The translations under genes and the position numbers were made by a program. The notes below the pieces were generated by a model. That model made no database searches. It had not been told where the DNA came from and was given only the letters and a program-made list of their open reading frames with translations. 64,000 bases of DNA from an uncultured Actinomycetota bacterium (lineage in GTDB: Bacteria; Actinomycetota; Actinomycetes; JAFAQI01), in assembly GCA_963770565.1 (NCBI GenBank), contig CAVYQE010000002.1, forward strand, positions 830,949-894,948, written 5' to 3'. This document shows, one piece after another, positions 9,427 to 19,752 of the stretch. How positions within the stretch are numbered: position 1 is the stretch's first letter; every line of letters begins with the position of its first letter.

Positions 9427-10346
9427 AGTGCGAGCAACCCGGGGGCCAGCTCCGCCCATTCCCGTCGCGGCAGCCCTCGCCGGTCGTCGACCAGGACCTG
9501 TACGGCGACCTGATCCGCCCCGGCGTCGAGATGCGCCTGGACCCGCGCGGCGATCGCCTCGACCCCGCCCCAGGCGCAGATCGTGTCGACCAACCGGTCG
9601 TTGCCGCCGTCGCTGAAGTCGTCGCTGTCGAAGCCGAACCGCTGCAAGTTGGCGGTGTAGTTCGCCAGCCTGAGGTACGACGTGGTGTGCCGGCGGGCGA
9701 TCTCGCGGGCCTCGGCCGGGTCGCTTGACAAGACGCACGCCTGCTCCGGCACGAGCAGCTTGCCCGGGCCGAGAATCTCCCGGGCGCGCGCGGTGTGCTC
9801 CGGCGGGACGAAGTAGGTGTGCGCGCCGTCCGCGCGAGTGCCGGCGAGCTCGAGCATCTTCGGGCCGAGCGCGGCGAGCAGCCGCGGTGGCCGGTTCGCC
9901 GGCGCGACCGCGCGGTAGACGTCGTACCCCTTGTCCATGCCGTCGAGGTAGTCGCGCATGAACCCGAGTGGCTGGCGGTAGTCCTCACCTCTGACGTCGA
10001 GCAGGGGCTTGTGCGAGACGCCGATGCCGAGCACGAACCGGTCCGGGTAGGCCTCGCCAAGCGCGAGCTGGCCGGCCGCGGTGGCGAGCGCGTCGCGGGC
10101 CCAGATGTTGGCGATGCCGGTGCCGACGATCAGCGAGTCGGTGGCGGCGAGCAGCAGCTGCGCCGCCGACAGGACCTCGCGGCCGACCGCTTCGCCGGTC
10201 CAGAGCGCGCCGTATCCGAGCGTTTCGACCTCGCGCGCCGCCTCGCGCACCACGTCGGCAGGGGAGAAGTCGAGCTGGCCGGTCCACACCCCGACCCGGC
10301 CGAGCCGGGCGGCCCACTCCGGCGCCACCCCCGCCTGGTTCGTCAC
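9423..10346 (-). CDS. LLM-class (probably F420-dependent) oxidoreductase
   Basis: LGRVGVW, ETLGYGALW, GTGIANIWAR, RFVLGIGVSH, LAALGPKMLELA, GAHTYFVPPEHT. Confidence 0.9.
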   Translation of the reverse strand: MTNQAGVAPEWAARLGRVGVWTGQLDFSPADVVREAAREVETLGYGALWTGEAVGREVLSAAQLLLAATDSLIVGTGIANIWARDALATAAGQLALGEAYPDRFVLGIGVSHKPLLDVRGEDYRQPLGFMRDYLDGMDKGYDVYRAVAPANRPPRLLAALGPKMLELAGTRADGAHTYFVPPEHTARAREILGPGKLLVPEQACVLSSDPAEAREIARRHTTSYLRLANYTANLQRFGFDSDDFSDGGNDRLVDTICAWGGVEAIAARVQAHLDAGADQVAVQVLVDDRRGLPRREWAELAPGLLAL

Positions 10347-10357
10347 GACGCCCGACG

Positions 10358-11239
10358 CTACCCGGCGTCCTCGCCCTTCTTGAACCCGGACGCGATTGAC
10401 TGCATCGCGGCGGTCAGCTCGCTCGGGATGACCCAGACGGTGGCCGCGTTCGACTCGGCGATCTTCGGAAGCGCTTGCAGGTAGGTGTAGGCGAGCAGCT
10501 CGGAGTCGGGCCGACCCTCGTGGATCGCGGCGAACACGGTCCCGATCGCCTTAGCCTGGCCTTCGGCGCGCAGGATCTCCGCCTCTCGCGCGCCTTGCGC
10601 GGTGAGGATGGCCGACTGCTTCTCGCCCTCGGCGGTGAGGATCGCCGACTGCTTCACACCTTCGGCGGTGAGGATCGCGGCGCGCTTGTTACGGTCCGCG
10701 CGCATCTGCTGCTCCATCGACTCCTTGATGCTGGCCGGCGGGTCGATGGCCTTGATCTCGACCCGGTTGACCCGCACCCCCCACTTGCCGGTCGCCTCGT
10801 CGAGCACGCCGCGGAGCTGGCCGTTGATCTGGTCGCGGCTGGTCAGCGTCGCCTCGAGGTCCATGCCGCCGACGACGTTTCGCAGCGTCGTGACGGTGAG
10901 CTGCTCGATCGCCTGGATGTAGTTCGCGATCTCATACGTCGCCGACCGTGGCTCGGTGACCTGGAAATAGATGACCGTGTCGATGCTGACGACCAGGTTG
11001 TCCTCGGTGATCACCGGCTGCGGCGGGAAGCTGACCACCTGCTCGCGCAGGTCGATCAACGGCCGCATCCGGTCGATGAACGGGGTCAGGATGTTGAGCC
11101 CGGCGCTGCACGTCCGCTGATATCGGCCGAGTCGCTCGATCACACCGGCGCGGGCCTGCGGCACGATCCGCACCGAACGCACGACGACGAGGATCACCAG
11201 GACGAGGACCACCAGTACGACGATCAGGACTGCACTCAC
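10358..11239 (-). CDS. SPFH/band 7 (stomatin-like) membrane protein
   Basis: N-terminal TM helix; IVPQARAGVIERLGRY, DLREQVVSFPPQPVITEDN, MEQQMRADR, repeated AEGEKQSAIL. Confidence 0.95.
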   Translation of the reverse strand: MSAVLIVVLVVLVLVILVVVRSVRIVPQARAGVIERLGRYQRTCSAGLNILTPFIDRMRPLIDLREQVVSFPPQPVITEDNLVVSIDTVIYFQVTEPRSATYEIANYIQAIEQLTVTTLRNVVGGMDLEATLTSRDQINGQLRGVLDEATGKWGVRVNRVEIKAIDPPASIKESMEQQMRADRNKRAAILTAEGVKQSAILTAEGEKQSAILTAQGAREAEILRAEGQAKAIGTVFAAIHEGRPDSELLAYTYLQALPKIAESNAATVWVIPSELTAAMQSIASGFKKGEDAG

Positions 11240-11335
11240 AACAGCGCTCCGTTCATTCGCCCAAGCCGGGCCGATCAGTCACGTGCCGGGTTGCGGCTGT
11301 CTTGATCACGCGCCGGGTCCCGGCTCTGTTCACCA

Positions 11336-11785
11336 TCAAGTGGTCCCGGGCAACGTGGTCGGATGGACCACCGCGGTCGCCCCGTCGATCGCCAGCACAT
11401 CCACCCACTCGCCGGCCCGGATCTGCAGCCCCTCGTCGTACGGGCGAGCGCTCCAGGTCTCGCCGCCGATCCGGACCCGTCCGCCGTCCGCGGTGTTGAT
11501 GTCGGACAACGCCATCGCCCGGGAGCCGATCAGCCGCGCAGTCCCGGTCCGGATCGAGGCCGGCATGTGCCGGTGGCGGCGGGCCGCCGGCAGGACGAGG
11601 CCGAGCAGGAAGACGTCGCCGACCGCGAACACCACCACCTGCGCGACGACCGGTGCGCCGAGCGCGGCGGCGATTGCGGCCGCCGCGGCGCCCCCGGCAA
11701 CCATGCCGAGTACGAAGGTCAGCGTGAGCACCTCGGCGATGGCCAGCACGACCGCCACCACGAGCCACACCAACCACGGGTCCAC
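11336..11785 (-). CDS. NfeD family protein
   Basis: Hydrophobic N-terminus (WLVWLVVAVVLAIAEVLT) and OB-fold GRVRIGGETWSAR; directly upstream of the SPFH gene; start re-called to GTG 11785. Confidence 0.88.
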   Translation of the reverse strand: MDPWLVWLVVAVVLAIAEVLTLTFVLGMVAGGAAAAAIAAALGAPVVAQVVVFAVGDVFLLGLVLPAARRHRHMPASIRTGTARLIGSRAMALSDINTADGGRVRIGGETWSARPYDEGLQIRAGEWVDVLAIDGATAVVHPTTLPGTT

Positions 11786-11982
11786 GGGCCGAAGCGTAAT
11801 CCCCGCTCGGCCATGGCCGCTCGGGCCCGATCGCGTGACCGCCGGCGGCGGTGTCTGCGACCATGGGATCGAGCGTCGTACGGCGCTTGCACGATCGGCC
11901 GGACACACCCTGTACGGTCGCGGGTCAACACCGGCACAACTGGCGATCCCAGTCGCACCGGTGAGATGACGAGGAGCGATCC

Positions 11983-13110
11983 ATGCCGCCTATGGCGCCG
12001 CCCGAAACGGCTACGGCACTGCCCCCGCCGCAGCCATCCGAAGGGCGGGACTTCGTTCAGCTGCTGACGCCCGAGGGCGAGCGGGTCACGCATTCGAAGT
12101 ACTCCCTCGACATCACCGACGAGGAGATCCGCGACCTCTACCGCGATCTCGTGCTGGTCCGCCGGATCGACTCCGAGGCGACCGCGTTGCAGCGCCAGGG
12201 CGAGCTGGGCCTGTGGGCCAACCTGCTCGGGCAGGAGGCCGCCCAGGTCGGGGCCGGCCGGGCGCTCACCGACCGTGACTTCGCGTTCCCGACCTATCGC
12301 GAGCACGGGGTCGCCTACTGCAAGGGCGTCGACCCGGTCACCCTGATGGGGTTGTTCCGCGGCACCAGCCAGGGCGGCTGGGACCCGCAGACCAACGGGT
12401 TCGGCCTCTACACGATCGTGATCGGCTCGCAGACCCTGCACGCGACCGGGTATGCGATGGGCATGCAGCGCGACGGCGGCGACGGTGCCGCGATGGCCTT
12501 CTTCGGCGACGGCGCGTCCAGCCAGGGCGATGTCAACGAGGCGTTCGTCTGGGCCAGCGTGTTCAACGCGCCGGTTGTCTTCTTCTGCCAGAACAACCAG
12601 TGGGCGATCTCCGAGCCGCTCGAGCGGCAGACCCGGATCCCGCTCTACCAGCGGGCGCAGGGCTTCGGCTTTCCCGGCGTACGGGTCGATGGCAACGACG
12701 TGCTCGCCGTGCTCGCGGTCGCGCGGGCCGCGCTCGCCCGGGCGCGCGAAGGCAGCGGACCGACCCTGGTCGAGGCCTACACCTATCGGATGGGCGCGCA
12801 CACCACCTCCGACGACCCGACCCGCTACCGGGTGGCGGCCGATCTCGAGATCTGGAAGCTCAAGGACCCGATCGAGCGGGTCAAGGCATACCTGTCCCGC
12901 ACCGGCGCGGGCGACGCGGCCTTCTTTGCCGGCGTCGAGACTGCGGCCGATGAGCTCGCCGCGCACCTGCGGGCCGGCACCCTCGCCCTCGCCGACCCGG
13001 ATCCGATCTCGATCTTCGACCACGTGTACGCCGGCGGTTCGACGTTGCTCGACGAGGAACGCGCGCAGATGTCGGACTACCTGGCGTCGTTCGCGGATGC
13101 GAGGCACTGA
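11983..13110 (+). CDS. pdhA: Pyruvate/branched-chain 2-oxoacid dehydrogenase E1 alpha subunit
   Basis: LQRQGELG, GQEAAQVG, PTYREHG, TPP motif GDGASSQGD...NNQWAIS, YRMGAHTTSDDP. Confidence 0.93.
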   Translation: MPPMAPPETATALPPPQPSEGRDFVQLLTPEGERVTHSKYSLDITDEEIRDLYRDLVLVRRIDSEATALQRQGELGLWANLLGQEAAQVGAGRALTDRDFAFPTYREHGVAYCKGVDPVTLMGLFRGTSQGGWDPQTNGFGLYTIVIGSQTLHATGYAMGMQRDGGDGAAMAFFGDGASSQGDVNEAFVWASVFNAPVVFFCQNNQWAISEPLERQTRIPLYQRAQGFGFPGVRVDGNDVLAVLAVARAALARAREGSGPTLVEAYTYRMGAHTTSDDPTRYRVAADLEIWKLKDPIERVKAYLSRTGAGDAAFFAGVETAADELAAHLRAGTLALADPDPISIFDHVYAGGSTLLDEERAQMSDYLASFADARH

Positions 13111-13111
13111 G

Positions 13112-14086
13112 ATGGCGACGATCACCCTCGGCAAGGCGATCAACGAAGGCCTGCGCAAGGCGATGGAGGACGACCCCAAGGTCGTCATCATGGGCGAGGA
13201 CGTCGGCCGGCTCGGCGGCGTGTTCCGGGTCACCGACGCTCTGCAGAAGGACTTCGGCGAGGACCGGGTGATCGACACGCCGCTCGCCGAGTCCGGGATC
13301 ATCGGGACCGCGATCGGCCTGGCAATCCGGGGCTTCCGGCCGGTGTGCGAGATCCAGTTCGACGGGTTCGTCTTCCCGGCGTTCGACCAGATCGTCAGCC
13401 AGGTCGCGCACATGCACTACCGGTCGGCCGGCAACGTCAAGGTCCCGATCACGATCCGGATCCCGTACGGCGGCGGGATCGGCGCGGTCGAGCATCACAG
13501 CGAATCGCCGGAGAGCTACTTCACCCACACCCCCGGGCTGAAGGTGGTCACCTGCTCCAACCCGGCGGACGCCTACTCGATGATCCGGCAGTCGATCGCG
13601 TGCGACGACCCGGTGGTGTTCTTCGAGCCGAAGCGGCGCTACTGGGACAAGGCCGAGGTCGACCTGAGCGCCGAGCTCAGCCCGTTGTGGAAGGCCCGGG
13701 TGACCCGCGAGGGCAGCCTCGCGACCGTGATCACCTACGGCCCGAGCGTGCGGACCTGCCTGGAGGCAGCCGCGGCCGCGGAGACCGAGGGGCAGGACCT
13801 CGAAGTGATCGACCTGCGGGCGCTCTCCCCGATCGATTGGGACACGGTGTTCGCGTCGGTGCGCAAGACCCGGCACGTCGTGGTCGTCGCCGAAGCGCCG
13901 GTGTTCGGCTCGCTCGCGGCTGAGATCGCGGCCCGGATCAGCGAGCGCTGCTTCTACTCGCTCGAGGCTCCAGTGCTGCGGGTCGGCGGATACTCCACGC
14001 CGTACCCGACCTCACGGGTCGAGGAGGACTACCTTCCTGACCTCGACCGCATCCTGGACGCGGTCGACCGATCGCTCGCTTTCTAG
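13112..14086 (+). CDS. pdhB: 2-oxoacid dehydrogenase E1 beta subunit
   Basis: MATITLGKAINEGLR, GEDVGRLGGVFRVT, DTPLAESGI, EIQFDGF, EHHSESPE; start ATG 13112 inside ORF 12452..14086. Confidence 0.95.
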   Translation: MATITLGKAINEGLRKAMEDDPKVVIMGEDVGRLGGVFRVTDALQKDFGEDRVIDTPLAESGIIGTAIGLAIRGFRPVCEIQFDGFVFPAFDQIVSQVAHMHYRSAGNVKVPITIRIPYGGGIGAVEHHSESPESYFTHTPGLKVVTCSNPADAYSMIRQSIACDDPVVFFEPKRRYWDKAEVDLSAELSPLWKARVTREGSLATVITYGPSVRTCLEAAAAAETEGQDLEVIDLRALSPIDWDTVFASVRKTRHVVVVAEAPVFGSLAAEIAARISERCFYSLEAPVLRVGGYSTPYPTSRVEEDYLPDLDRILDAVDRSLAF

Positions 14087-14145
14087 TGAGGAGAGGCGAA
14101 AGTATGTTCACCGTTCGGCAAACGACTTCCACCTCTCCTCACTAG
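14083..14145. repeat. 63-bp inverted-repeat insertion between E1 beta and E2 genes
   Basis: CTAGTGAGGAGAGG (14083-14096) and CCTCTCCTCACTAG (14132-14145) form a perfect 14-bp IR, extendable to ~21 bp with 2 mismatches. Confidence 0.85.
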
Positions 14146-14158
14146 GAGGCTTCCCGAC

Positions 14159-15583
14159 ATGCCGAGCTTCCGCGACTTCGCGCTCCCCGACCTGGGCGAG
14201 GGGCTGACCGAGGGCGAGATCCTCGCCTGGTTCGTCAAGCCGGGCGACGAGGTGACGCTGAACCAGCCGATCGTCGAGGTGGAGACCGCGAAGGCGGCCG
14301 TGGAAATCCCGTCGCCGCATGCCGGTGTGGTCAGCGCGCTGCACTGTGCAGTCGGCGACACCGTCGATGTCGGTACGGCGATCATCACCTTCGACGTCGA
14401 CCCGGGCGGCGCGGCCGCTCCCGAGGTCGACCTCACCGTCATCGAGGCGTCGATCCAAGGCGGCGACATGGTGCCCTCGGAGCCCGGCATCGCCGGATCG
14501 CCGGCGCCGAAAGCCGGGAGCGAGGAGAAGATCCAGATCCTGGTCGGCAGCGGGGTGAAGGCGTCGAAGCTGACCCGCCGGGCACGGGTGCCGGCCGGCG
14601 CGGCGCCGCCGGCCGAGGCGAACGGCGAGCAGGAGCGCCAGCCAGCCCGGGTGTCGGCGGCCGCGGTCGGCGCGCGGGCCCAGCAGCTCGCCGACGTCCA
14701 CGTGCTGGCCAAGCCTCCGGTGCGCAAGCTGGCCCGCGACCTCGGGGTCGACCTGCGGGTGATCGGCGGCACCGGGCCCGACGGCACCGTGACCCGGTCC
14801 GACGTCGAGGCCGCAGCGGCCGGCGGCACGAGCGGGGTCCGCCGGGTCGCGCCGGCACCGGAGTTCGACCCCGCCACGCGAGAGCAGCGGATCCCGATCA
14901 AGGGGGTGCGCAAGCTCACCGCGGAGGCGATGGTGGCGAGTGCGTTCACCGCACCGCACGTCACCGACTTCATCACCGTCGACGTCACGGCCTCGATGGA
15001 CCTCGTTGCTCGGCTGCGCGAGCACCCGGACTTTGCCGGCGTCAAGGTCTCACCGCTGCTGCTGGTCGCCCGCGCACTGATCCTCGCGGTCGAGCGCTAC
15101 CCGATGGTCAACTCGGCGTGGGACGAGGACGCCCAGGAGATCGTCGTCAAGGAATACATCAACCTCGGCATCGCGGCCGCCACCCCGCGCGGCCTGATCG
15201 TGCCGAACATCAAGGACGCGGCCCGGCTCTCGCTCCCCGAGCTCGCCCATGAGTTGCAGGCGCTGACCGACGTTGCGCGCGAGGGTCGTACTTCGCCGGC
15301 CGACATGGCCCGCGGGACGATCACGATCACCAACGTGGGTGTGTTCGGTGTCGATTCCGGCACTCCGATCCTCAACCCCGGCGAGACCGCGATCCTGTGC
15401 CTCGGCGTCGTCCGCGACACCCCCTGGGTGCACGAGGGCGAGATCGCGATCCGCAAGGTCACCCAGCTCGCGTTGTCCTTCGACCACCGGATCGTCGACG
15501 GCCAGCTCGGCAGTGAGTTCCTGGCCGACGTCGCCGGGATCCTCGCCGACCCCTGGCGCCTGGTGAGCTGGCACACACCGTGA
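14159..15583 (+). CDS. pdhC: Dihydrolipoamide acyltransferase (E2)
   Basis: Lipoyl domain LPDLGEGLTEGE...VETAKA; E3-binding AKPPVRKLARDLGVDL; catalytic SFDHRIVDG. Confidence 0.95.
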   Translation: MPSFRDFALPDLGEGLTEGEILAWFVKPGDEVTLNQPIVEVETAKAAVEIPSPHAGVVSALHCAVGDTVDVGTAIITFDVDPGGAAAPEVDLTVIEASIQGGDMVPSEPGIAGSPAPKAGSEEKIQILVGSGVKASKLTRRARVPAGAAPPAEANGEQERQPARVSAAAVGARAQQLADVHVLAKPPVRKLARDLGVDLRVIGGTGPDGTVTRSDVEAAAAGGTSGVRRVAPAPEFDPATREQRIPIKGVRKLTAEAMVASAFTAPHVTDFITVDVTASMDLVARLREHPDFAGVKVSPLLLVARALILAVERYPMVNSAWDEDAQEIVVKEYINLGIAAATPRGLIVPNIKDAARLSLPELAHELQALTDVAREGRTSPADMARGTITITNVGVFGVDSGTPILNPGETAILCLGVVRDTPWVHEGEIAIRKVTQLALSFDHRIVDGQLGSEFLADVAGILADPWRLVSWHTP

Positions 15584-15590
15584 CGCGCGG

Positions 15591-17021
15591 GTGAAGGTCC
15601 GGGCGGTCGCGCCGCTCGCGGTCGCAGCCATGCTGCTGCTCCCGGCCGGAAACGCAGCCTCCGCCGCCGCTGTCGGCCGGTACGCCGCGGCGATCTCGTC
15701 CCCGCGAGCCGATCCGTACTACCCGGCCGAGGGCACGACGAGTGTCGACGTACTCCACTATGGCCTTGACCTGACGTGGGACGCCGCAACGAGACGGCTC
15801 AGCGGGACCGCGACGATCCGGTTCAGGGCCACCCGGGCCGAAACCCGGATCTCGCTCGACTTCGGCGACCAGCTGAGCTTCACCTCGATTCGCCTCGACG
15901 GGCGGGTGCCGCCCGGCAGTGGCTACGGCCCGAACACGCTGATCGTGGTCACCGGCCCGCTGCAGCGCGACAGCCTGCATACCCTCGTGATCCGGTATCA
16001 CGGCTCGCCGGGACCGGTCCGGGCGCCGAGCGAGCGCAGCGACCTCACCTACGTCGGGTGGACCGTCCAGCCCGATGGCGAGGTGTGGTCGATCCAGGAG
16101 CCGTTCGGCGCCTTCACCTGGTACCCGGTCAACGACCAGCCCTCGGACAAGGCGTTCTACGACATCACCTGGCACACCAAGGCGGCCTGGCGCGGGGTGA
16201 GCAACGGCGACCTGCTCAGCGACACGGTCAGCCATGGCGAGCGGACGATGCACTGGCACCTCGCCTCGCCGGCCGCCAGCTATCTCGTCACCGTGGCGAT
16301 CGGCCCGTACCACGCGTATCACCAGCGTGGTCCGCACGGCCTGCCGATCACGTACTGGGTGCGCAACTCCGACCGGGATCTGCTGCCCGAGCTGCGGCAC
16401 AGCCCGGCACTGATCCGCTGGCTGGAGGCCCGGCTCGGTCCCTTCCCGTTCGACCGGATTGGCGCGGTGGTCGCGCCGACCACGTCGGCCGAGGAGACCC
16501 AGACGTTGGTGACGATCGGCAGATCGGTGCTGACCAGGCGCGGCGGTGGACTGTCCGACCTGCTGCATGAGTACTCCCACCAGTGGTACGGCGACGAGGT
16601 GACGCCGAACAACTGGAAGGACCTCTGGATGAACGAGAGCTTCGCGATGTATTTCCAGATCCGCTGGGAGGCCTCGCACCGTGGCCTTAACATGGCGAGC
16701 TGGCGGCGGGTGCTCAACGCGGCGGATCAGGTTCTGCGCAACGTATTCGGCCCACCCGGTGAGTACATCCGCAACGACTTTGCGGAGCTCAACGTCTACT
16801 ACTGCGGTGCCCGGATGCTTGACCGGCTGCACGCGATGCTGGGTTCGACGCTGTTCTGGTCGGTCGTTCGCGGCTGGCCGGCGTCGCGACGGTTCGGCAA
16901 TGCCGACCGCGGCGACTGGATCCGCTACCTCGACCGCACCACCGGGCGCAACCTGGCGCACTTCGTCCGGCACTGGCTCGACGCGAGGCGTTCTCCCGTC
17001 TCACCGATCAGCACTCTGTAG
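15591..17021 (+). CDS. Secreted M1 family metalloaminopeptidase
   Basis: Signal peptide; DPYYP, WYPVNDQPSDKA, HEYSHQWYGD-x-WMNE zinc motif; GAMEN-equivalent reads SAEETQ. Confidence 0.9.
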   Translation: MKVRAVAPLAVAAMLLLPAGNAASAAAVGRYAAAISSPRADPYYPAEGTTSVDVLHYGLDLTWDAATRRLSGTATIRFRATRAETRISLDFGDQLSFTSIRLDGRVPPGSGYGPNTLIVVTGPLQRDSLHTLVIRYHGSPGPVRAPSERSDLTYVGWTVQPDGEVWSIQEPFGAFTWYPVNDQPSDKAFYDITWHTKAAWRGVSNGDLLSDTVSHGERTMHWHLASPAASYLVTVAIGPYHAYHQRGPHGLPITYWVRNSDRDLLPELRHSPALIRWLEARLGPFPFDRIGAVVAPTTSAEETQTLVTIGRSVLTRRGGGLSDLLHEYSHQWYGDEVTPNNWKDLWMNESFAMYFQIRWEASHRGLNMASWRRVLNAADQVLRNVFGPPGEYIRNDFAELNVYYCGARMLDRLHAMLGSTLFWSVVRGWPASRRFGNADRGDWIRYLDRTTGRNLAHFVRHWLDARRSPVSPISTL

Positions 17022-17028
17022 CTTTCGG

Positions 17029-18867
17029 TTAGAAGGCGGACTCCGGCAGGTCCATGACCTCGAGCGTGGTCGTCTCGACGACGAGTCGCTCGGCGTGCAG
17101 GAGCGGGAGCCGGGTCTGGGCGAAGAACCTTGCCGCGGCCACCTTGCCCTCGTAGAAGTCCTTGTCGCCGGGCGTCGCTGGGCCTGCGGTGAGCGCGTTG
17201 AGCGCGACCTCGGCCTGGCGCAGCAGTAGCCAGCCGACCACGACGTCGCCGAGCGCGGCGAGCAGCCGCGAGGTGTTGAGCCCGACCTTGTACAGGCTGC
17301 GCAGGTCCTCGGTCGCGCCGGTGAGGTAGCCGACCATCGTCTCGACCATCGCCTGGGCGTCGCCGAGCGCGGCGCCGAGCAGCGCCCGCTCGGTCTTGAG
17401 CTGGCCGTTGCCGGCGTCGGAGTCGACGAACGCCTCGATCTGGCCGACCAGCTCGGTCAGCGCTGCGCCCTGGTCGCGGACGATCTTGCGGAAGAACAGG
17501 TCCTGACCCTGGATCGCCGTCGTGCCCTCGTAGAGCGTGTCGATCTTCGAGTCGCGGATGTATTGCTCGATCGGGTAGTCCTGCAGGAAGCCCGACCCGC
17601 CGAAAGTCTGCAGCGACTGCGACCCGAGCAGCTCGTAGGACTTCTCCGAACCGAAGCCCTTGACGATCGGCAGCAGCAGATCGTTCATCCGGACCGCGTC
17701 GTCGTCCTGCTCGCCGCGACCCGCCGCGATCATGACCGCGTCCTGGTAGGTCGCGGTGAACAGAACGAGCGCGCGCATCCCCTCGGCGTAGGCCTTCTGC
17801 AGCATCAGCGACCGACGGACGTCGGGGTGGTGGGTGATCGTGACGCGCGGCGCGGCCTTGTCGAGCATCTGGGTCAGGTCGGAGCCCTGCACGCGGGTCT
17901 TCGCGTACTCCAGCGCGTTGAGGTAGCCGGTCGACAGGGTCGCGATGGCCTTCGTGCCGACCATCATCCGGGCCATCTCGATGACCTCGAACATCTGCGC
18001 GATGCCGGCGTGGACGTCGCCGACCAGCCAGCCGACCGCCGGTACGCCGGACTCGCCGAAGGTCAGCTCACACGTGGTCGAGACCTTCAGCCCCATCTTC
18101 TTCTCGAGGTTGGTGGCGAAGACGCCATTGCGCTCGCCGAGCTCGCCGGTGGCGAGGTCGACGTGGAACTTCGGTACGACGAACAGCGACAGGCCCTTGG
18201 TGCCGGGGCCGGCACCGACCGGCCGCGCCAGCACGAGGTGCACGATGTTGTCGGGAATGTCCCAGTCACCGCTGGTGATGAAGCGCTTCACGCCCTCGAT
18301 GTGCCATGAGCCGTCCGGCTGCTCGGTGGCCTTGGTCCGCCCGGCACCGACGTCGGACCCGGCGTCGGGCTCGGTCAGGACCATCGTCGAGGCCCAGCGG
18401 TGCTCGATCGCGAGTTCGGCTAGCCGCTTCTGGTCGGCGTTGCCCAGCCGGTGCAGGATCGCGGCGAAGGCCGGCCCGGCGGCGTACATGTGGATCGCCG
18501 GGTTGGCGCCGAGCACCATCTCGTTGGCGGCCCAGATGATCGACGGCGGAAGTCCCGGGCCACCGAGCTCGGCGGTCAGCCCGAGCCGGTCCCAGCCGCC
18601 CTCGAGGAATGCGCGGTAGGACGCTTTGAACGACTCCGGGAGCGTGACCGAGTGGGTTTCGGGGTCGAACACCGGCGGGTTGCGGTCGGCGTCGGTGAAC
18701 GACTCGGCGAGCGGCCCTTCGGCCAAGTGCCGGATCTCCTCGAGGATGCTGTGCGCGGTGTCGACGTCGACGTCGGCGAAGCCGCCCGAGCCCAGGATCG
18801 AGCCGCGGTCGAGAACCTCGAACAGGGTGAACTCAATGTCGCGCAGGTTCGACTTGTAGTGAGCCAT
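17029..18867 (-). CDS. Acyl-CoA dehydrogenase, FadE5-like
   Basis: [56 protein letters not shown]...[21 protein letters not shown]. Confidence 0.95.
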   Translation of the reverse strand: MAHYKSNLRDIEFTLFEVLDRGSILGSGGFADVDVDTAHSILEEIRHLAEGPLAESFTDADRNPPVFDPETHSVTLPESFKASYRAFLEGGWDRLGLTAELGGPGLPPSIIWAANEMVLGANPAIHMYAAGPAFAAILHRLGNADQKRLAELAIEHRWASTMVLTEPDAGSDVGAGRTKATEQPDGSWHIEGVKRFITSGDWDIPDNIVHLVLARPVGAGPGTKGLSLFVVPKFHVDLATGELGERNGVFATNLEKKMGLKVSTTCELTFGESGVPAVGWLVGDVHAGIAQMFEVIEMARMMVGTKAIATLSTGYLNALEYAKTRVQGSDLTQMLDKAAPRVTITHHPDVRRSLMLQKAYAEGMRALVLFTATYQDAVMIAAGRGEQDDDAVRMNDLLLPIVKGFGSEKSYELLGSQSLQTFGGSGFLQDYPIEQYIRDSKIDTLYEGTTAIQGQDLFFRKIVRDQGAALTELVGQIEAFVDSDAGNGQLKTERALLGAALGDAQAMVETMVGYLTGATEDLRSLYKVGLNTSRLLAALGDVVVGWLLLRQAEVALNALTAGPATPGDKDFYEGKVAAARFFAQTRLPLLHAERLVVETTTLEVMDLPESAF

Positions 18868-18942
18868 GTCCACTCCGTACGCCTGGACCGCGGCGCCGAT
18901 CGCCGGGTTGGTGCCGTGCTACCGGTCGAGCGCTGTTGCCGT

Positions 18943-18982
18943 GCTACCCGCCGGTAACATCTCCATATTACCCACAAGTAAC
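18943..18982. promoter_or_regulatory. Two tandem TAC-N8-GTAAC palindromic boxes overlapping a putative -10 (TAATAT, minus strand)
   Basis: GCTACCCGCCGGTAAC 18943-18958 and ATTACCCACAAGTAAC 18967-18982, upstream of the acyl-CoA dehydrogenase. Confidence 0.55.
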
Positions 18983-19150
18983 CTTCGGTGCCCGGCACTT
19001 CGCCACTGATCCGCCATCCGGCCGCATGGTTCGGCCCGATGCCTAGGCATCTTGCGCTCACGGCTGCGAGCGTTAACCTCAGACCGAGCCGCAGCACTCC
19101 ACCCCGTTCATCGCTGAGAAGTCGGCCGAGCCGACAGATTCGAGGCCGCA

Positions 19151-19666
19151 ATGGCGCGCGTGAGCATGAAGGTCGATGGGACCACGTACACCGACGAGGT
19201 CGAGCCCAGACGGCTGCTCGTGCACCATCTGCGCGACGGTCTCGGGCGGGTGGGCACGCCGATCGGATGCGATACCTCGAACTGCGGCGCATGCACGGTC
19301 CTGCTCAACGGCGAGAGCGTGAAGTCGTGCTCGATGCTCGCGGTGCAGGCCGACGGCGCCGAGATCACCACGATCCAGGGCCTCGCGACCGACGGCGTCT
19401 GGCACCCGGTCCAGCAGGCGTTCAAGGACAACCACGGCCTTCAGTGCGGCTACTGCACGCCGGGCATGATTCTGGCCGCCGTCGACCTGCTGTCCACCAA
19501 CCCGAACCCGACCGAGGCCGAGGTCCGCGACGGCCTCGAGGGCAACTTGTGCCGGTGCACCGGCTACGTGAACATCGTCCGCTCGGTCCTGGCCGCGGCC
19601 GCCGTGATGCGCGGCGAAACCCCGGCCGCCTCTAGCCCTGCCGACGAGAAGGTGGGTGCGGTATGA
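19151..19666 (+). CDS. coxS: CO dehydrogenase-like molybdenum hydroxylase small (2Fe-2S) subunit
   Basis: [26 protein letters not shown]. Confidence 0.93.
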   Translation: MARVSMKVDGTTYTDEVEPRRLLVHHLRDGLGRVGTPIGCDTSNCGACTVLLNGESVKSCSMLAVQADGAEITTIQGLATDGVWHPVQQAFKDNHGLQCGYCTPGMILAAVDLLSTNPNPTEAEVRDGLEGNLCRCTGYVNIVRSVLAAAAVMRGETPAASSPADEKVGAV

Positions 19667-19752
19667 GCGAGTACCGAAGCGAAGCGAAGGTGGCTCGCTC
19701 CAATGTGATTGGCGTCTCCGCATCGGGGCGCCCGGCAGGGGCGCACCGATGA
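19663..19752 (+). repeat. MIRU-like 86-bp junction insertion encoding a 29-aa coupling ORF
   Basis: ATGAGCGAG duplicated at 19663 and 19749; [32 protein letters not shown] overlaps the coxS stop and the coxL start through ATGA at both ends. Confidence 0.7.
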
